Assembly: GCA_904063045.1 (NCBI GenBank) | Contig: CAJFCJ010000003.1 | Location: 1,736,001-1,800,000, forward strand | Length of the DNA stretch: 64,000 nt | Source of the DNA: Dimorphilus gyrociliatus | Lineage: Eukaryota; Animalia; Annelida | Direction of reading: 5' to 3' | Shown: positions 28,561-43,100 of the stretch, in pieces | Position numbering within the stretch: the first letter of the stretch is position 1 | Layout: each line of letters opens with the position of its first letter | Translations under genes and position numbers: made by a program | Notes under the pieces: generated by a model | The model's input: the letters and a program-made list of their open reading frames with translations, nothing else | What the model was told of the DNA's origin: nothing | Database searches by the model: none

Positions 28561-29548
28561 ATGGAATATCAACAACAGGTGTTAGGTACGTTTTATTGTT
28601 TTTATAGTCGACTTACGTAAAATATTTTTCAATTCAAATAAATAACTTTTACTACTTATAAGCTATAAACAAAAATTATTAATCATTTTCGCAAACAAAG
28701 TTTTCTAGCCTTAAAAATATCTCTTATTCACCAGCACAGAATCCAATTCTTGCCATTCGTTTACGAATTCTTCCATGGAGACTAGTCCCGAAGCAAACGA
28801 AAGAAGAGAAAATAAAAAACGTCAGAAGCGTCAATATCCTTTAAAGAAGTTTCAACAGGATGGCCGAAAATTATATAAATGTCAGCTTTGTTGTTATGTA
28901 ACAGATAGAAAAAATAATTTAAAAAGACATATTTTTACCATGCACGAACAGTGCGGAAAGATTTTAGAATGTTGTGGTATGTTTTTTGTTAATAAGGCTC
29001 AGTTAAGGGAGCACGTTTCCATTTTTCATCGAAATGGTTATTCCTGTGAAGTGTGCGGAAGAAATTTTTGTCGTAAAGCACTTCTTAGACGACATAAAAC
29101 TCTCCATAATAACGATTTTCGAACATTTATGAGCAATGCAGGAGATATTCCTTCTAAGGTAGAAAATAAATTGGAAGTTTTTAACAATGGAAATACATTT
29201 GAAAAAAAAGAACAATCTCAGGAAACGAATTTTGGAAAAAAAGAGGAAAAGAAACGATCAGGAAACAGAGAGGGCTGGATGAAAAAAAGAATGCTCTTAA
29301 ACAACAGGCTATCAGAAACTTACAACAGTACCCTATTTAACTTTAAATTAAAATTAGAAAACCAAGACTTTCGTTGTAAACGACATATGCCCAATATAAC
29401 AACAAAAAGAAGACTAGCTAGATTTATATATTCCTGTCAATGTGGCCTGGAATTTGAAAAACAAATGGGTTTGTTGGAGCACTCTCCATCTTGTCGGGTT
29501 TACAATAATTCTGTGTCGTACCTTAAGCCTTTCAATCTGGCTAATTAG
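28561..29548 (+). CDS. C2H2 zinc-finger protein (3 tandem fingers plus a degenerate C-terminal one)
   Basis: ORF 28775-29548: CQLCCYVTDRKNNLKRHIFTMH, CCGMFFVNKAQLREHVSIFH, CEVCGRNFCRKALLRRHKTLH. Probable short first exon MEYQQQVL (28561-28585) splices in frame. Confidence 0.8.
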
Positions 29549-31048
29549 AAATTCGACAAGCAATTTTTCGCACACCAGTATTTTCCTTCTTTGTGACTAG
29601 AATATAATGTGGGATATTCATCTATATTGCATAGGGATATTCTTTTTGTAAGGTTACACTTTCGATTTCGTTACGAAATTTAGTTCATTTTTAATTTTTA
29701 TTCCATACTTATGCTTAATGCATTTTGTGACCATCCTTATAATGTATATTTAATGTCTTCGAACTGCATATCTAGTACTTTGGGCTAGTATTATCACTTA
29801 TGTTCATCATACAAACGTTTGTACTTTATTTTAGGTATGTATATTTTGGAAGAAGAATAATAATTTGTTTTGGTAAATCTCTTAGCTCATGACATAATCA
29901 AATAAAGAACACGTTGACATCATATTTTAAGGTATAAACTCGATTATAATTTTGTCGTGTCCAAACCCAACAAAATGTATTGCGTGAGGAAAATGAAGGA
30001 ACAATCGATAAATATGCACGAGTTCGTCTTAATTATAAATGCATTTTCCATTTCATGGATCGATTTATAAAACTTTTGTTCAGTATTACGGCTTTCTCTA
30101 GTAAAATTATATGCCTTAAGCAAAATATTCAAGCGGATTTTAAATATGATATATTACTTTTCTCGCATCGTTTTATCCTTTAGTCCTTCCACATTTGGCT
30201 GTTTGTCAATATCCTGTCATAAAATATGTAGAATGTATATATACAGTATATATATATAAAGAAGTATATCTTTTATATGTGTCTGCTCAAACAGTCTAGT
30301 CTGTCATGGCAATATTCTACTTTTCAGGAAGAGTAATGTTCATATGAACAAAGCATTTTCTATAAATTAGATTGTTACTAAATATAGCTATACATCGTTT
30401 ACTTAATAAAATAACTCAGTCAAATAATAAAACTAGAGCAATCGTTGCAGATGTGAAAGAATTTCCCACCAAATTTATCTATTGTCAAAAAAAATTTCTA
30501 AAAATTTTATATTTCAAAGTTTAATAAGTAAGATATACGGACATCATTATTTATTGTGGTGTACTTGTCAAAGGAACAGTTATGAGTTTGAATATACAAA
30601 GTGAATAAGAAATATTTTAAAAATTTATTTGACTCCATTCATAAAGATACCGTTAAATATTTTACATAAACTCCTTAGTCCCACAAATAATAGTTATTAA
30701 GGTCACCTAGCCTCGATTAAAACAAACACCCCAATTTAAATAACGATTGCATCTAATTAACTATTAATTTAATACTGTGATCGTTTGATGAATAAATATT
30801 CAGAAATAATGAGTGAAAGCTGTACAAAGATATGAACGAGAGAATATGACAATCTATATCTTCAAATCAATTGTTTGTTTTAAATATTCTATTTAAATTA
30901 AAGACTTGCAAAGATAAATTTATGCAATGATAGATTTATGAAATAATGTTGAATCATATTATGCCTTTATATTTAATAAATTCTTTTTAGGCCATTTTTC
31001 TTATATGCTTATCTAATAGTTGGTTTAGGCTTCACTATAGGAGGTTTT

Positions 31049-33052
31049 TTACAATTTAAATATTCCCCTGACTGGATGGCTGTCCAAAGATTCACATGTG
31101 GATTCTGAGATATTTTCCCCATTAATACCATTTTCTGATGCAATAGAACATGAATTATCTGGTACTTTAATCAAAAATTGAGCAGGTATCCAGCCGCATT
31201 TATTACAACGCTTTTTGTCACATGGTATTCGAGATAAATGCTTTGTTCCATACATCCAACAATTATCAGGATATATTGCTGTTATCTATCAAATAAATGA
31301 CAAATTTAAATTTCCTTTTATATAAGATGCTTTACAAACGCAAACTATATCCCCAGAGTTAAGTTTGACGCAATTATCGGAGACTGGTGCATAATCTTCT
31401 ATAGCTTTGAATAAGCCAACAGATAAATGAAAATTCTGAAAGTCAGAGAGATAAAAGTGCCTGATTTCAGTCTCAACTTACCTCTTTTCTAAAACTGTTT
31501 CCATCAGCAGCATTTGATGTTTTTTCCTTTATACAGGCCTTTGGAATTAGGCCTTCTCTTCCATTGGCCCTTTGCGAAAATAAATACAAAGTGAACATTT
31601 CAGTGACCTTTTTTGTTTCATACCATCCTAGCCACCATCCCGTTACGTTTGTTTTTGTAATTAAGACTTCCTGATTCAACTCTAGTGATAATTCATCGTC
31701 AGTAGAAGCGGAGTAGGGCTTTATACATTCATACCATTTTGCTGTGAAAGGAACTAGAAAAACTATCACATGTATTTTAAAAGAAAGATATAAACCCTCT
31801 GGCAGAACAACATTGTTTTGACTGAGTTGAAGATATGAAGCCGGAACGCAACCTATAGAGCCATCTTCCGTGCTTATTCGCCACCACCCTGTAAAAATAT
31901 AGTTTTAATAATTATATTTTTTCACTCGCTAGAGTCAATAACTTCTTAATAGATAAAGGGTCAAAAAAATGAAATTTACAAGCAGATGCGATAACTTACC
32001 GCTATCAAACTTTTCCATCACTCGGACAATTTCAAATTTTTTTACAGCTACCTCATACTCTCCCTCAGGACAAAAGTCTTCTATGCATAGCCATTCTTGT
32101 AGTTTCCTGGGAGTGGATATTTCCATATTTTTTGAAGAATTATTTCTTGATGGTCTTGATATAAATAATTAAGTGCATTAGATAGAGCGTTGTACATGCA
32201 ATATTTAAATCGTGTACTCGTTATCATCAAGATCACTCTCCTTAGGGCTGAAGAAGGTCTGAACAAGAATATCCCGGCTAAAATACTTTTCCAAGGTTTG
32301 AAGAGACTATTAGAGTGGTAGAGTAATATCTAAAAAAAATTTGGCGTGAAAAAGAAAATGTATATACCTTGCAATAATCATTTAGAGGTTTAAGCCGACT
32401 TTCTGCAATTTGTCGACATTTCCTAGGATGCTTGGCTGTCAAAAATAATTAAACGTCTTTCTTAAGTTTTAGTTAGAAGTTACTTACGAGGAAATTTTGG
32501 CATTATTTCTTCAAAATTTGTCCCAAATTTGAACAAATGAGGATAACTTTTAACTAATTCGACCTAAAAATAAAAATATTGCCGATAGATTCTTAATTTA
32601 AATAGAAGAAATAGTAATTTAGAGTAACTACAGGATATTTTAATTATCAGTAAGTTGCAAACGAAAATGTATGAATAATCGCATGACCCATACTTAGCCA
32701 ACCTATTTGACATTTAATCTCATGAATTTGAAAACTCACATGCAATTTTCGAAATTCGCTGTATCTTCGATAAACTACATTTTTCGTCCCATCTGTCCAT
32801 AGCAGCTTAATGGCATAAACCTATAAAGACGTACAAAAAAGTAACTCTCAGTTAAAAGGCTGATAAGAAAATAGCATTTCTCAGACAAAAATAACATTTA
32901 CAAAATTTAATGAATAGTATTTGCAAAGTGCATAAATTGCAAACATGTCATAAAAACTTGCAGTTTGATTTTCTTAAATAATATTAGTAACTAATAAAAC
33001 TGACATAACATTTTTCAAGATACACATTGACCGTAATTGATAATATAGACAT
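31049..33052 (-). CDS. PX-SH3-SH3-SH3 adaptor (TKS/p47phox NOX-organiser-like)
   Basis: PX: EKCY|VYAIKLLWTDGTKNVVYRRYSEFRKLH...RLKPLNDYCK. Three SH3s: CIEDF..GWWRI..GCVPASYL; CIKPYSASTDDELSL..GWWLG..EGLIPKAC; KAIEDY..CWMYG..GWIPAQFL. Confidence 0.8.
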
Positions 33053-33850
33053 GTACTTTTTTTGGATTGTTAGCTACTCTGCATTCTACTTAAATAGGTA
33101 GATCAAAATTTTTTAAACAAGTAGATATCCTTCTAACTTAGAACCAGATTGATATCGGACACCAGCAGCTAGGATTTAATTAGCAACTAAAAATGCCAAC
33201 ATAAGCAATGTTTTTAAACAATTTTTTCTTCTCAATTTCATTTTTATTAATATAAAATATTTATTCAAAGGAATTCTACTGGTAGCCTGCCAAAATTAAA
33301 TAGAAGGCCACAAAAAACTTAACGATTTAACATGACAACTCGCAATATTGGTAGTATTTAGATTTTTGGCCTTTCTTCGACTTACTGATATTTTAAGTTT
33401 AGATGTTTTGGTGTCCATCTCCAGATTAGCTGTTACTTCAAATGCTAGTATTTTGTTGTATCATCAAAAACTCCTATTATCTTTTTCAAATAAAAAAATA
33501 CTTACATAATATTTTTCTTCAGTTTTACATTTGATACAATTAATAATTTCGATATGATGGATTGTTTTCCCTGACATATCTTGGTATACACAATCCTTTA
33601 GTTTGAAAGTTTAATAAGAAAAATCAAGCAATTTTTAGAAATCTACAGGCCAGCTTCACGAATATGAAGCAGATTATTCATTCGAGGAAAACCGCCTAAT
33701 GCTATGAGTCATTAATTAATCCTGATACAGTACAAATTATTATATAATTATTAGTCATAAAAAGTTACGGAAATAGCATATTTTTATTAGAAGTAACAGA
33801 AAATGATGTGATGGGCAAATATCTTTTTTGAGTGCCCAATTGAAAATTCG

Positions 33851-33859
33851 CGCCATTTT
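33851..33859. promoter_or_regulatory. YY1-like CGCCATTTT within TTCGCGCCATTTT, in the divergent promoter of the PX-SH3 gene and ACOT9
   Basis: Consensus match about 125 bp upstream of the ACOT9 ATG. Confidence 0.35.
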
Positions 33860-33982
33860 GTTAAATAAACTGGTAAAGAGCTGTAAAATACCCTCATTTT
33901 CGTGAGATGTCCACAGTGCTCGCACATCACAACATATTCTAAATTCTTTTATTATATAAGCTTATACCATATACATTTAGCT

Positions 33983-36320
33983 ATGTTAACTAGGAGACTG
34001 TTTAGCATCAGAAACAATATTTTTAGAAGCATCGTTCGAAAAAAATCTGCTGTTTCAAATTCTATCGATATGAACAGAAAGCTTCTAACTGATTTAAAAC
34101 TGAATCAGACGATTACCATTCAGGAAAGTCAGTATTCCATTTTCTTAATAAGAGAATCGCAAAAAACTGCACCTCATTGTAATTTTCAGTGATAAATAAT
34201 ATCAGTGAAATGGTAGCCAAACCGAGAACTTTCAGGTAAGAAAACTCCTGCAACAGTAAATAAGCTATTACAACGAAAACATTATAGAGATGAAAGGCCT
34301 CAAGAGCTTATGGAATGGAAAATGCCCGCAAACCAATCAATATTACCTGCAAGTAGAATGATGGATAGCTATGTTGAATGCGTTATACCCCTATCTACTG
34401 ATGAACAATTGAGAGAAAAATATGCAACTTTTTACAATACTCTTAGAGTTGGTCGATTGTTAGAAGATCTAGATGTACTTGGAGGTATTGTTTAGTTATT
34501 AAAAAGTCATTATCTGAAAACAATATTTATTTTTACAGTCTATATATCTTTCAAGCACAACACTGTTCATTATCCTGGACAATCTCGAAGCCCTTATGTA
34601 ATAGTAACTGCCGCAGTTGATCAAATAGGTAGCAAATACTGTTTCGTATGAGAGGCAGTTTACTTAACTATCTAATATAGATATTGATTCAAGAATAACG
34701 ACACTGTCGATTGAGAAAGATGTTATTTTGCGAGGCCATGTAACATGGGTAGGAAGATCATCAATTGAAACAACAATGGAAGTTTGTCAAAAGGTTATTA
34801 ATACTAATATTATTTTATGAAAAGTATTTTTTGAATCTGGTATTAGGATGCAGACGATATCTGGCAGGGTTGTATGATTGCAAAATTTGTCATGGTAGCC
34901 CGGGATCCTGCTAATGCCAAGTATACTTTCTTACTATGAAAATAGAAATATTTTAACCCTTATAACCGTTCATTTATTTATAGAGCAGCCATCATTCATC
35001 CCTTAGTGTGTAAAACTCCTGCAGAGAAACTTATCTTTCAATTAGGCCAAGGTATATGCCTAAGTGTTATAAACATTTTGTTTTTATTTTATCAATAATC
35101 ATTTAACTACATACAGAGCTTAAAGGAAAGAGACTACTTGAAAGTTGTCAATCGCTGCTTAAAATTCCGCCAAATGAGGAAGAAACAGAATTAATTCATA
35201 ATCTTTTTCTTCAAACAATAGATCAATCGTAAACATTTTTAAAACTATCTTATCCAGTATATCCAGAGTATATACTCACATATATTTGTAGTATTTATTT
35301 TAAGGCGAATGATATCAATACTCAAATATAGGTATTTAATTATGTATTAATTGAGAGCATGCACATGCTTCCTCAAATATATTGTTGGCAGTTTCGAAAA
35401 GAGTCGATTAAAGTCATGTTACAAGTACAATTATATGACTATTAAGAATTTATGATTTTTTAAAATTATTTCAAACCCTTAAGTGATGCTATTTCTTTTA
35501 GATGTGACACCCAATTTTTTTTCACATACCCATTTATATCTCATAAGATCACACTTCCTTCCTAGGACAATGAGTTTCCGAAACATCACTAAGCCTAAAG
35601 GAACCAAATGGATGAACGATTCGAAACTGAAAAACTTATTTCTCTGCTTTCCCGAAGTAACTAAGTTTCCTGTTGTTAAAACACTAAGTTTTCAAATTTT
35701 TTTTTCGATTAATAGCAAAGAAATTTATATAACAAAGTATTTGGAGGTTTCTTGATGAGAATTGCATTTGAATTGGCTTGGGCAAGTCAAATGAGCCATA
35801 CGTAAGCTACAATTGAGAAAATTATATAATCACGATATAGTAGGAGAATATTTTAAAATAGAAAATCTAGACCTGTGGTGAAATCTTTGGCGGATATCAG
35901 TTTTCGAAAACCTGTCGATATTGGATCACTTCTTTATTTATCTTCAATGGTAAATACCTCAGCTTACCGTAATTTAAAATATTGTAGTCAATAGAAACAG
36001 TGATTGATCTATAAACTTTTTGCATATATTAGGATTATTTAACATTTAAGTTAAACTATAAACAGATAGTCTACACAAAAGATTATGACACTCAAATTAA
36101 AGTTAATGCAGAAGTAATTAATCCAATGACAGAAGAAAGAAGTCTAACAAATACATTTCAAATAACCTTTACGAGTGCTGAAAAAGTAGTTCCTATTATT
36201 CCAGCCTCATATTCCGGTATTTTTTACATTATGTTTAATTTTATATCTGATTATTAATAAATTTCAGAATTTATGATGTTCATCGACGGAAAGCGATTCT
36301 ACAACAAGTGCAATAAGTGA
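33983..36320 (+). CDS. ACOT9: Acyl-CoA thioesterase 9, mitochondrial (double hotdog)
   Basis: Presequence MLTRRLFSIRNNIFRSIVRKK; DSYVECVIPLS...LREKYATFYNTLRVGRLLEDLD; VTAAVDQI; GHVTWVGRSS; FVMVARDP; second hotdog DISFRKPVDIGSLL; ends MFIDGKRFYNKCNK*. Confidence 0.9.
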
Positions 36321-36332
36321 TTTTCTAAAGAC

Positions 36333-36337
<5 letters not shown>

Positions 36338-36364
<27 letters not shown>
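36338..36364. repeat. (TA)n microsatellite, about 13 units, just after the ACOT9 stop
   Basis: Direct reading. Confidence 0.9.
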
Positions 36365-37899
36365 CAATTAAAGAATCTATTATATACTATGTTTTTTGAC
36401 TTAATTCAATAACATAATTAACTCTGAAAAAAAATCATTACATTAGATTTTTTTAATTATTGTTAAATATATTGCACTTAAAATGTATCTGTATTATTTC
36501 TTGGTGAAAAAACAGTCAAAGATTTTTATTTATTTTCCGTTCCAGCTAAAGTATTGAGTGGAATTTTAAAGTAGAAGTGACTATAAATCTGGCTGAATAC
36601 TTTGAGATAAATATAAAGTGCTTTTCTAACCGAAAGACAGAACTTGCCTCGAATGTACGTAGCATAGATTTATTTAAATAGAATCAGTCAAGAGGCGAAC
36701 GTTTTAAGCTATACTGTTTATTAACAGGAAGCTTAAAACCTCTTGCACCAGGGTAAGCCAACCAAGCAATGGCTGCTAGTTTTTTTGAAAGTCAGAATTT
36801 TAATGAACTATTCATTTTAACATAAAAATAGCAATAACAACAACTTGGAAATTAGAATAGAAACCTTAACATATTTACTAAATTCAAATTTTCGTTTATT
36901 CCAAAATGAAAATGTTGTCTGCTCTAATACTCTAGCTTTGGGTTAATGTGACTTGCCTACTTTCTATAAATAAGTAAAGCATATCTTAACCTCTAGATTG
37001 TTAAATTGAAGTGTATATAAATGTTAGCCTAAAGATGGCAATACAGTTCGATTGGTTAGACTCCTGAGAAATTATCGACTTTTTTGTAGTTACATACAAG
37101 GCTTCTCGTTTCGATTTTATTCATTAGAGGTAAAGCTAGGCTAAACACCCTATTATAACTACAATGTGTTTTGTTTTACAAAGAGATAACCTTGACTTGA
37201 AATACCGCTAATTTCGTACTGGAACAGGCAGTATACGAGATAGTATTTGAAAGAAGTAATAGTGTAAGAAGTCTCTATAGGTATTGCGCACCTTTTGTTG
37301 AAAAAAATGTCAGATTTAAGTCTAAAGGTTTACTCTCTTTGAAATATTCTTCCAGATTATCTCAATGGAAATTTTTTCGATGTCTCTAATCAATTAAAAA
37401 TTATTGAATAAGCACATCGGCTTGTAGTTCAGGTATTAATAGATTTAATCGCTCCGCTCCCATTATTGACATATCAGTTTTTGATCACATGTCTCATCGA
37501 AGGTTTGTTTGTTAATTACACATATATCCAAAAGCTTCTTTCTTTTTAGTAATGAAAAGAATATGAGACTTATTTTAGGCACTGAATTTTCTTTTTCTAG
37601 TCTGTAAATTACCTGTCAGTCATTTACCGAAGGAGCTGACCAGCGTAACCTTTCGCAAATAACCTTTGGAAGCGTTTAGACGTTGTTTTAAAAAGTCAGT
37701 TACTTTCTAAAATATTATTGAATTAACAGATGTTTGCATTTGTAAGTAGGTTTGAAACGATTTACAGACAATGTTTGTAGAAGCCGCCAATCGCTAACTA
37801 TTTATGAGATATGTTGTAGTAACGCCAATATTCTGTTATAACAGTTCGGGTTTAGCGAATCTACATACGCTGTTGCAGTTTACTTTAGCGATTTCTTAG

Positions 37900-39037
37900 T
37901 GACGTCAGCAGACGAACGCTCCACCTAGTGCCCCATTCCCATCGTCAGTCGTGCAGTGTAGGTACTCAACGCCTCATCGAAAATTTATTATGGATTCTGC
38001 AGATTTTATCCACCATTATTCAGTATTTACTTGTTGAATTGTTAAGAAAGTTTGAGCATAAATAAAGGTTGGTAGGTACGATTACTTATAACTGAAAACA
38101 CGTTTAGTGCCAGCTTGCTCTAGATGTTTGGGCTTCCAACTTTTTAGTAATTTTATAAAATCACTGGTTGGGAAATGCCAAATATTAGTTTATGAAATAT
38201 AAAAGCGACGTTGATAATCAATTTATGTTAATTAGAAACATTTAAAATAACTAACCTATTCTACCTTATAAAAAATTGCAATGTAATGTTTTCGAGGGTC
38301 TTCTGAAATACTAAAATCCTATTTTAGAGTTTCTGTATTTCATTTTACCTCAAACAAACGCTAAAAGAATCTTATATTACATTGTGTATTTGAACATAAT
38401 CATGGGTTGAAAATTGCACAGTACATATAAATTTATATATGCTGTATATACTAATATATATAATTTTAACCAAATGAGCAAAACCTGCTCTACACCTCTA
38501 AATATATCCACTACCAAATATATATAATGGCTTCATGCAGGTATTAGATATATCCTTAATGTGAGGTTTACCATTTTTGTTTTCTTAATTTTATAAAGCA
38601 GTTTTTTTATCTTTTTTTAAGATTTAATGATTATCCTTAGAATAAAGCTGTAATTATACATATAATTTTTTGTCATAAAACTTATTATTGAGAATTATCC
38701 ATAATAGTCAAAAGATATTTAAAATGGACCAGTAGGATTGCAATTGAAATAACTCATTCATAAAATATAGCTTGAATAGGTAATGAAACGTTTACGATTA
38801 CTATTCCAGATAAAATAGGCTTACAAAATTTATTCTCAAAATATGATATAAGTTCATGTGATACATATATATATATAAGATTAAGAAAAGATCATTTTGT
38901 TTTCCTTTATTAATCTATTTTGGTTTTTCCTGAAAATCCTTATATTTACTTTAGACTGTCTATATCCAATATCTACATAATTTTTGTGCGCAATTTCTAA
39001 ACCTAAATAATAGGTGTTCAGCGACCTTATGACGTCA
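37900..39037. promoter_or_regulatory. Two full CRE palindromes (37900-07, 39030-37) upstream of the SLC24 gene
   Basis: Exact TGACGTCA matches; the first sits in a GC-richer promoter-like patch (about 37600-37990). Confidence 0.35.
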
Positions 39038-40189
39038 CAAATCTTATGTTCTTTATCGATTTTTGCAAATCAGTGGCTATTGAAATCACAATCATATTAT
39101 TAGCCATTTACCATAGGGACTAAATCTATTAAAATTTTATTATCCGTTAAATTGCATCTGAAATATAATTCCAGTATTTGCCATTTTAGAGAGCTTCTCA
39201 AGATATGGCGTGAAATTCTATTCTTTCTTTTCCCCGATTCACAGTCAATTTTCATCAATGACTTAAAAAGCAATATTAGACATAAAGTCACTCAGGCATT
39301 TGAAGCGCCAATAACATATGATGAAGTTTAATATTTTTAAAGAGTCTCAGTGAAAGCATTAAGGGAGATTTATCATATTAAATACACAGACTTTTAGCTT
39401 TTTCTCATTATAATTAGGTTTGTTGTTGTTTAGGTATAATAGACAAAATTAGTATTTCTCTGTAGTAGCAATCTGTTCATATTTCGTTTTATTTCGACAG
39501 AAGAAACATTTAACCTTAAACTAAAAATATGAAATGAAAATATTTCTTATAAATCATATATAGTGACTATTACTATATACTATATGCGATTCAGCATACT
39601 AAATTAGCTTTAATTAGTAAATGGCCTTAAATTCTCAACTTTTTTCTTTTGAAGCAATAGTTAATTAAGCTCTTTACTATCTTTATCAGGTAATAATTGA
39701 AAACTTATGAGATTTTAAACACAAAAAAACAAATTGGAATTTAATAAGGTTTAAGTAAATAAATAAATCGTTTATATTTGTCCTATACTTTAATCTAGAT
39801 ATGTACAGAACATGTCTGTCTATAAATTAGTTGATTGATATCACAATTCTATAGCAATAAAACAATAGCATAAAATAATTGGTTCTTCATAAAACGGTAG
39901 CAATTAATGTTAGTATTTGTATCCTATATGATGTAAGTAAACAATAGTAAATCTATCACCTATTCGCCATAGATATAAACTAGGGATATTCTGAGTAATA
40001 TTTCATTTTATGAACCAAAGATGTACTTTGTATTTGGCATGCCATACATAGATGTTAACTGCCTTAAGTATGACATTGATCTTCTTTATTTTGAGGCTAG
40101 GTAAAACTACAGACGCAAGAGCGATTACATATTAAGCAAAACGTGTGCCCACTCTTAAAGGATTAATAATTTCTATAATATTGACAGAA

Positions 40190-43100
40190 ATGCCTTCAAC
40201 TTCTTTGGTAAGACGAAGGAAGCATCGATGGCTAAAAATCTTGGGCTACAGTACAGAAGATATAATCAAATGGAGGAAATTTGGTCTCATAACCATTGCT
40301 ATAACTGTTGTCTCCGCTCATATATATCTACAACAGTCTGAAGATACACTTGTGGGTAAAATGACAGGTAAAACTGCAATACTCATGGACTCTAGGTTTT
40401 TTTTTCAAAATATGATCCAAGTATTAAAAAAAGAGAATTTGCATGATGTTTCTAACTTATTTAACTAGGCACAAATCCGTTTAACTATTGAATGGAGAAT
40501 TTTTATTGGCCATGCTTACATAACGATATTTTTTGTAAGAGTTTCTCTTTCAGATCTTGTCGGGTCTCCTGTCTAAAATCAATACCTAAGTAATGTTAAA
40601 TCAGCATACATCTTGAGTCATTTAGAATCTGATATATCTAAAACAGTTCTGTTAGAGATTGTAAAAAAATGAAGGAAAGACGCTAGTAAAATGTATGTTT
40701 CTGAAGATTAAGCAATTACTAATATGAGCTCTCGTCATTTAAATACCACTAAAGAATGTGAGAATAGTTAAACAATCAAAAAATGTTTATTTCGTTGCTA
40801 AGGCATTTATATTGACAGAACTATACTTTGAAATATTAATAATTTACCAATGCTGATTATGATCTTACTAGAGTATTATTTATAGCATTATTTCTGACTT
40901 GAAGTAACCTACAATTTCTTTAAATGTAGGAACAAAAAATGAACATCTTTTAAGTTAAGCTCCAGATTAAAAGTAATTAATTAAATTCTGATATTACTTT
41001 CCCTTCGATTTCACACAGGTTTGCAAGCCACATCTAGAAAATTATTGGCCAACTCTACTTCTCATGGACCAGAATGGGAATCGTGTGATTTTGAAAATAA
41101 TCATATTCCTGGACTGTGGATATTTTCACATGCAGTCTGTGTAATAATCGTCTTTATTGGTAATTATTGATGGTATAAAATGGACAAATGAATGTTACAT
41201 ATCTACTTAGATAGATACTTATACATACTAATATATATGCTATATATATATACTGTATATACAGTCTATGTATTGTATATATTAGTATATACAGTATACT
41301 AGTGACATATATAGCTATTGTAAAGAGCAAGATTTTAGCTATTCTTCCTGACAGTAATTTCTTCTTCAGCTTTGGCAATTATATGTGATGACTTCTTCGT
41401 GCCGTCCCTTGAAGTTATATCTGAAAAATTACACTTATCTGGTGATACTTTCTGCATAAAAAAGCTTTCCATTATATTATCTCTAACTTTCAGAGGATGT
41501 TGCTGGGGCTACGTTCATGGCAGGTGGAAGCTCTGCACCGGAACTTTTCACTTCCGTAGCTGGTGTTGCAGTGAAAACGGACGTTGGTGTCGGAACTATC
41601 GTCGGGTGAGTGTAATTATATTACAGGTGAAATTTTTTTTATCAATATTCCGGTAGAAACATGGCTTAATCTCTCATATAGTGAGAGGATTTGTCTAATG
41701 ATTTTTATCTCAAAGGCCTTTCCTAATAATATAGAGATCAAACCCGTCGGGAAAATAAAACCTATTTCAAATAACTATATCGAAATAGCTTATGTTCGTT
41801 GTTAAATTTGCTATTCTGATAGAATTACGACGGTTTGCAATGCTATCTAAGTGTCCTGAAATGCTAGTAAATCAATGTTCTCTGCCACTTCTTACACTTG
41901 TTTATATCACTCTGAGATTACAATCGAAAGTTTTTCATGCGAGCTTGAGCAAGTGAACAAATTTATTTGGAAAGTGCTACGACCCTAATATGCTAAAAAG
42001 AAATTAATGCATATTTTCAAGTAAAATAATGAAGTATAAAAATAAGGTCATTTTTTGCTCTAAACCTTTCATACACCTTGTAATTGTAGACTCCAAAAGG
42101 GAGTTGTTGTTAGATCTCAGGTAGATGAGTAAAGGCTGAAAGAAAATACCCAATAGTTTATACCCTTCTTTGACCTTGATTTCATTTACCAGTAATAAAT
42201 GCCCAACAGTGTAACAAATATGATATATAATCATAAAACGCTCTCGAATATTGAATAATGAATATAAGTCGGATTAGATTTATGAATGTTAGCGCTTCGG
42301 TAAGATTTAATAAAATCTAACAGGAACCATTTAAAAAGAATTTTACTTTAATTACCATTAAGAAACCAGTAGAAATATAAATTATATTTAATTGATAAAA
42401 GCATTTGACGATATTCGGTACATATCTCTTTGATGAAAATCGCTCAACCATTCTTTGACATTTTTTTATGAGCTAAATATTTTACGAGAAGGTTTCTATA
42501 TGTCGTCAGTTTTAATATCTATAATAAATAGAACTTAAATGGTTAAGCAGTGGGAATTATTACCTTTTAACCAAAGCATTTATAACTATCATTTTTATGT
42601 GTTAAAACGCAATTTGTCTTTTGTACCGATTGAACGCAAGTATTAAATGGCATATGAATATATGTAGCTTATAATATATTTATAAAAGATTTTTATGCTG
42701 GTCATTTATGATCGATAGTACAAATGAATATTTAAACCTTATGATTGACCAGATTAGATAGGAAATTATAGGCAATGCTAGTTAATAATTCCTTACAATC
42801 TAAATGAGTATCCCAAGGCTGAAAGGCCTAAGAAAGCAGCTTTATGAACTATTAGCTTTTCATTTGCCCTCCTAGAATAGGACTAATGACTTTTTTATGT
42901 ATTTATGAATACGCAAACGGTTTATTTTCTAATTTTTTGATAAATTAGAGTGCCTCAAAAATATACAAATGATTTGAAATCAAAGGAGTAAAATTTATAG
43001 ATCTAATAATGACTATTCCTATATGGTTTTCAATTATTTAACAGCTCGGCAGTATTTAATCTGTTGATCATTATCGCTTTAACTGGCGCTTTGGCTGGAC

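Noticed and set aside
40145-40468. Stand-alone 107-aa membrane protein
   Set aside because: Its 5' part is exon 1 of the SLC24 gene (phase-1 donor near 40355); the rest is intron read-through.
41190-41320. TA-rich quasi-palindromic intron segment as a hairpin element
   Set aside because: Low-complexity TA sequence self-pairs trivially.
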